Shown piece by piece: positions 60,511 to 64,000 of a DNA stretch of 64,000 nucleotides. The stretch lies in NCBI GenBank assembly GCA_030609325.1, contig JAUWCL010000012.1, positions 8,261 through 72,260 on the forward strand, written 5' to 3'. The position numbers and the translations under genes are program-made. The DNA is from Candidatus Krumholzibacteriota bacterium (GTDB lineage: Bacteria; Krumholzibacteriota; Krumholzibacteriia; Krumholzibacteriales; Krumholzibacteriaceae). Every line of letters begins with the position of its first letter. Position 1 is the first letter of the stretch. The notes beneath the pieces were generated by a model. The model ran no database searches and was not told the DNA's origin. It saw only the letters and a program-made list of their open reading frames with translations.

Positions 60511-61506
60511 GTGCGCGGCTTGGACGATATGAACGAACCCAGGATCTACACCTTCATCGTCGACGAGGAGGAATCCGGTGAGCGCCTCGATTCCTGGCTC
60601 GCCGGGCGCGTTCCCGAACTATCGAGGTCGAGGATACAGAAGGCACTGAAGGGGGGCGAGGTCCTCGTCGGCGGGCTGCCCGCAGGCAAGCCGTCGAGGA
60701 AGGTACGCGGCGGCGAGGCCGTCGAGATGCGCTTCAGCCCGCCGAAGCCGGTGGAGGTGCTCCCCGAGGATATCCCCCTCGACATTGTCTACGAAGACGA
60801 AGGCCTGCTTGTGGTGAACAAGGCGGCCGGCATGGTCGTCCACCCAGCGCCGGGCAACGAGACCGGCACGATGGTGAACGCGCTTCTCGCCCACTGCGGG
60901 GACCTCTCGGGGATAGGAGGCTACCTCAGGCCGGGCATCGTCCACAGGCTCGACGCGCAGACGACCGGCCTGCTCGTCGTCGCCAAGAGCGACGAGGTTC
61001 ACATCGCTCTGAGCCGCCAGCTGATGGAAAGGGCCGTCACCAGGATCTATCAGGCCGTCGTGTGGGGAAGGATGCCCGCAGATGAGGGCGAGATCGACGC
61101 TCCAATAGGCCGCAGCAGGTCCAACAGGAAGAAAATGGCCGTCGTCAGGGAGGGTGGCAGGGAGGCCGTGACATATTACTCAGTCCTAGACACATTTTCG
61201 CCGCTGCAGTATATTAAATTGAAGTTGGGGACGGGCAGGACACACCAGATCAGGGTCCACCTGGCTCATACGGGACATCCCGTCCTCGGCGACCCCGATT
61301 ACGGGGGAAGGAAGGTCAATAAAGGGAACCTCTCGAAGGAGGAGATCGACCGGGCGGCAAAGGCGCTGAGCCTTATCGACCGGCAGGCGCTCCATGCGGG
61401 GGAGTTGTCGTTTTTTCATCCCCTCCTCGAGAAGGAAATGACCTTTGAAGCGCCCCTTCCCGACGATTTCCGGGCCGTCCTGGAGGTCTGCATGGGGGAC
61501 CGATGA
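60511..61506 (+). CDS. rluD: RluA/RluD-family pseudouridine synthase
   Basis: S4 domain, 'VHRLD..T.G', 'GRTHQIRVH', 'GD..YG'. Confidence 0.9.
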   Translation: MRGLDDMNEPRIYTFIVDEEESGERLDSWLAGRVPELSRSRIQKALKGGEVLVGGLPAGKPSRKVRGGEAVEMRFSPPKPVEVLPEDIPLDIVYEDEGLLVVNKAAGMVVHPAPGNETGTMVNALLAHCGDLSGIGGYLRPGIVHRLDAQTTGLLVVAKSDEVHIALSRQLMERAVTRIYQAVVWGRMPADEGEIDAPIGRSRSNRKKMAVVREGGREAVTYYSVLDTFSPLQYIKLKLGTGRTHQIRVHLAHTGHPVLGDPDYGGRKVNKGNLSKEEIDRAAKALSLIDRQALHAGELSFFHPLLEKEMTFEAPLPDDFRAVLEVCMGDR

Positions 61507-61847
61507 AATACAAGGTGAGGGAAGATGGTAACGTGACTATCATCGACCTTTCCGGGAAGCTGATGGGCGGGTATGACGCGGACGTCTTCAGGGACCTGGT
61601 CCACGAACTGATCGAGAAGGGCAGGAAGAAGATCGTCGTAAATCTCGCCGGTATAAAGTGGATCAACAGTACCGGTGTCGGGATCCTGATCACCGGGTAC
61701 ACAACGCTGAGGAAGAACAAGGGAGATCTGAAGCTTCTCAACGTTTCAAAGAAGATAGAGAGCATCCTCTACGTGACGAAACTGAATCTGATCTTCGAGT
61801 GCTTCGACGACGAGCACGAGGCAACAGGCAGCTATACGAGAGGATGA
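61503..61847 (+). CDS. STAS anti-anti-sigma factor (RsbV-like)
   Basis: 'INSTGVG.L' phospho-site motif. Confidence 0.85.
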   Translation: MKYKVREDGNVTIIDLSGKLMGGYDADVFRDLVHELIEKGRKKIVVNLAGIKWINSTGVGILITGYTTLRKNKGDLKLLNVSKKIESILYVTKLNLIFECFDDEHEATGSYTRG

Positions 61848-61884
61848 CGCGCGGGCGGCAGGAGCAGGAGGGAGATCGAGCCTG

Positions 61885-62328
61885 ATGGCCGAGGAAACAT
61901 TTGTACTGGAATTTCCCAGCAGTTACAAGTGGCTGAACATGATCGATCTCATGTGCACCGAGATCACGGCGGGCATGGACTTCGGCAGGAACGCGCTGAA
62001 CGAGATCTCGATCTCCGTAATCGAGGCCTGCACCAACGCCCTCGAGCACGGCAATAAATGCTGCCCCGACCGCAGTGTCATGGTGGTCTTCAGGAGACTG
62101 GAAGACAGGATAGTCATCGAAGTGACCGATTGCGGCGAAGGTTTCGATTTCGCTGACTACCTGCAGCACATACCGGACCCTTCCGACATCCACAAGAAGC
62201 GCGGCAGGGGGATTTTCATCATGAAAGCCATGATGGACACCCTGAAGTACGAGAAGGTCGAGAAGGGCGGAATGAAGGTCATCCTCAAGAAGATGACCGA
62301 CAGAGGCGGGGAGGAGGGCGACGAATAG
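61885..62328 (+). CDS. Anti-sigma Ser/Thr kinase (RsbW-like)
   Basis: 'EACTNA.EHG', 'D.GEGF', 'RGRG'. Confidence 0.88.
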   Translation: MAEETFVLEFPSSYKWLNMIDLMCTEITAGMDFGRNALNEISISVIEACTNALEHGNKCCPDRSVMVVFRRLEDRIVIEVTDCGEGFDFADYLQHIPDPSDIHKKRGRGIFIMKAMMDTLKYEKVEKGGMKVILKKMTDRGGEEGDE

Positions 62329-62449
62329 ATCGTCGCGGTCCGCTTGCCGCCTTCCAGGAACAGGAACAACCCTCCCGGACAGGCGTAATAAGAGACAAGC
62401 GGATCACCCCGGCGGTGATTGACTCCAGTGGACCTGTCGGAGCTGTAGA

Positions 62450-64000
62450 ATGGCCACCTCGACTTTGCTTGCCTCTTTCTACTTCATCTGCGGAGCGGCG
62501 ATCATATTTCTCGCCGTTATGATCATGCGTTTCTCCTCGCGGAACGTATCGATGTGGTCGACGGCCCTCGTGATGCTGTTTGCCGGCATCGGGCCGATAC
62601 TCGGCGCAATAGGCGTCATCATCCAGAGAAACCTTCCCGAGGGCACCTACCTCTTCGAGAACCTCGTAGAGAGCTTCGATTACACGTGGGAGTTCTTCTT
62701 CCCGGCGCTTCTGCTGATGGCCCTCGTCTACCCGAGGCGTTACGCCATCTGGAAATATCTCAGAAGGTTCACCTTCATCCTGTTCCTGCCGCACGTTTTC
62801 CACCTGCTGATGGTCCTTTTCCTCGTAAACAGGGGCAACCCCGCGAGGCTCTTCAACTGGGTAGCCGACCTCCCCGTGCCGTCGAGCGTGCTGGCAACGT
62901 ACACGAACAGCCTGTCGAAATCACTGAACGTCTTTTCCGAGCTCCTCTTCAAGGCGCACAACCAGCTCTTCTCGCTCGTGAACGTGATGTACGCCGTTCT
63001 CGCGATCATTCTCCTCGCAATCGCGATGCGCGGGGACCTGACGCCGAGACAACGCCGCCAGACACAGATCATGCTCGCAGGCCTGGGGATAGCGATCGTC
63101 ACCTACTCGTTCGCCCGCGTCATACCGTACTTAATGGCGATGGACATCGACAGAGCCATCGCGGCGGCGCTGGTCAACGCCTCGCTGATCATCGGAGGCG
63201 GCTCGATCGCCTACGTGATCCTCAAGTACCAGTTTATCGACGTGCGGCTGATAGCGAGAAAGGGCCTCTTCTGCGCGGTGACCGCCGCGGTATTCGCCCT
63301 CTTTTACCTGATCATCATCAAGCAGTTCACAAGGTTCATCCTGACGTACACCGGCACTGAGCTCGAATTCATAGAGACCCTCCTGATCGTCCTCTTCGTC
63401 ATAGCCTTCCAGCCTGTCCTGATCCGTCTCGAGGAGTGGACCGAGAGGGCCCTGATGAGGGAGGAGAGCCCCAGGGTCAAGCTGAGAAATCTCAGCAACG
63501 AGCTCCTCACCGCTGTCGACGCCGAGTCGATGAAGGAGAGGATGAAGGAGGTCCTCTCCGAGGTCTTCCAGACCGACGATGTCGAGGTGATATTCCGCGA
63601 CGAGATCCTCGATCTCAAGGACGAGGAAATATACGCCGGGAAGGTCCTCGAGCTTCTCGAACAGGTCGGCGAACCTGTCGGCCGGCTCGACTTCATGGAG
63701 GCGCTCGGCTTCATGCGTGTCAGGAGGGGGATATTTCGCCCCGGAAGGAAGCTGATCCGCGAGGCGGTCGACACCCTTCCCGGCATCGTGAAGCACATGG
63801 CGAGCCACGAGCTGATAGTGCCCGTCATACATGACGGCGAGTGCGTGGCGGTCCTGCTGCTCGGCGAGAAGCGCGACGGCGGCAGGTACAGCATGCAGCA
63901 GCAGGCGATGATTTCGATGCTCTCGAACCAGGTCGCCGCCTCCCTGTCGAGGATGGAGCTCCTCAAGGAAGTCGTCGAGAAGAAGGTCATGGAGGAGGAG
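62450..64000 (+). CDS. Multi-TM plus GAF-like sensor, probably an RsbU/SpoIIE PP2C phosphatase (truncated by the window end)
   Basis: Open frame from ATG 62450 (MATSTLLAS...) to the end; TM helices, 'LLGEKRDG..Y', ends 'EKKVMEEE'; follows rsbV/W-like genes; PP2C domain not visible. Confidence 0.65.
   Translation, partial: MATSTLLASFYFICGAAIIFLAVMIMRFSSRNVSMWSTALVMLFAGIGPILGAIGVIIQRNLPEGTYLFENLVESFDYTWEFFFPALLLMALVYPRRYAIWKYLRRFTFILFLPHVFHLLMVLFLVNRGNPARLFNWVADLPVPSSVLATYTNSLSKSLNVFSELLFKAHNQLFSLVNVMYAVLAIILLAIAMRGDLTPRQRRQTQIMLAGLGIAIVTYSFARVIPYLMAMDIDRAIAAALVNASLIIGGGSIAYVILKYQFIDVRLIARKGLFCAVTAAVFALFYLIIIKQFTRFILTYTGTELEFIETLLIVLFVIAFQPVLIRLEEWTERALMREESPRVKLRNLSNELLTAVDAESMKERMKEVLSEVFQTDDVEVIFRDEILDLKDEEIYAGKVLELLEQVGEPVGRLDFMEALGFMRVRRGIFRPGRKLIREAVDTLPGIVKHMASHELIVPVIHDGECVAVLLLGEKRDGGRYSMQQQAMISMLSNQVAASLSRMELLKEVVEKKVMEEE

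Noticed and set aside
1-64000. CRISPR array, rRNA, IS transposase or phage genes
   Set aside because: No regularly spaced repeats or recognisable motifs seen

Overview
GC-rich bacterial chromosomal window, mostly housekeeping and accessory genes. Secreted proteins ending in a 'QNxPNPFNP...SGVYFYRL...KMILL' FlgD-Ig/T9SS-like sorting domain suggest an FCB-group candidate phylum such as Krumholzibacteria or Latescibacteria (inference). Contents in order: BrnT/BrnA and MazEF-type toxin-antitoxin pairs; heme O synthase; a three-gene BcsA-like (tandem PilZ)/GT-C/beta-barrel operon; a diheme lipoprotein plus porin; a GldAFG-like ABC operon; two AT-rich XRE-ImmA/IrrE plus PIN modules, one directly after tmRNA (23760-24116, tag ANDNLALAA); an S9 peptidase; an OPT transporter; a sigma54-controlled locus pairing an apparently catalytically dead serine-resolvase-fold gene with an Fe-S oxidoreductase, divergent from a damaged histidine kinase and an NtrC-type regulator; ettA; a collapsed ars operon; dinB; and the yggS-yggT-divIVA-yggU-PNP-ileS-dksA-lspA-rluD cluster followed by an Rsb partner-switching module that runs off the end. 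Most notable: the dead-resolvase sigma54 locus with three TGTAT-N9-ATACA palindromes, a candidate ~125-nt sRNA with its own promoter and terminator, the twin IrrE-PIN modules, and several genes shrunk by internal deletion. All family assignments come from recognising motifs by eye; no database searches were run.
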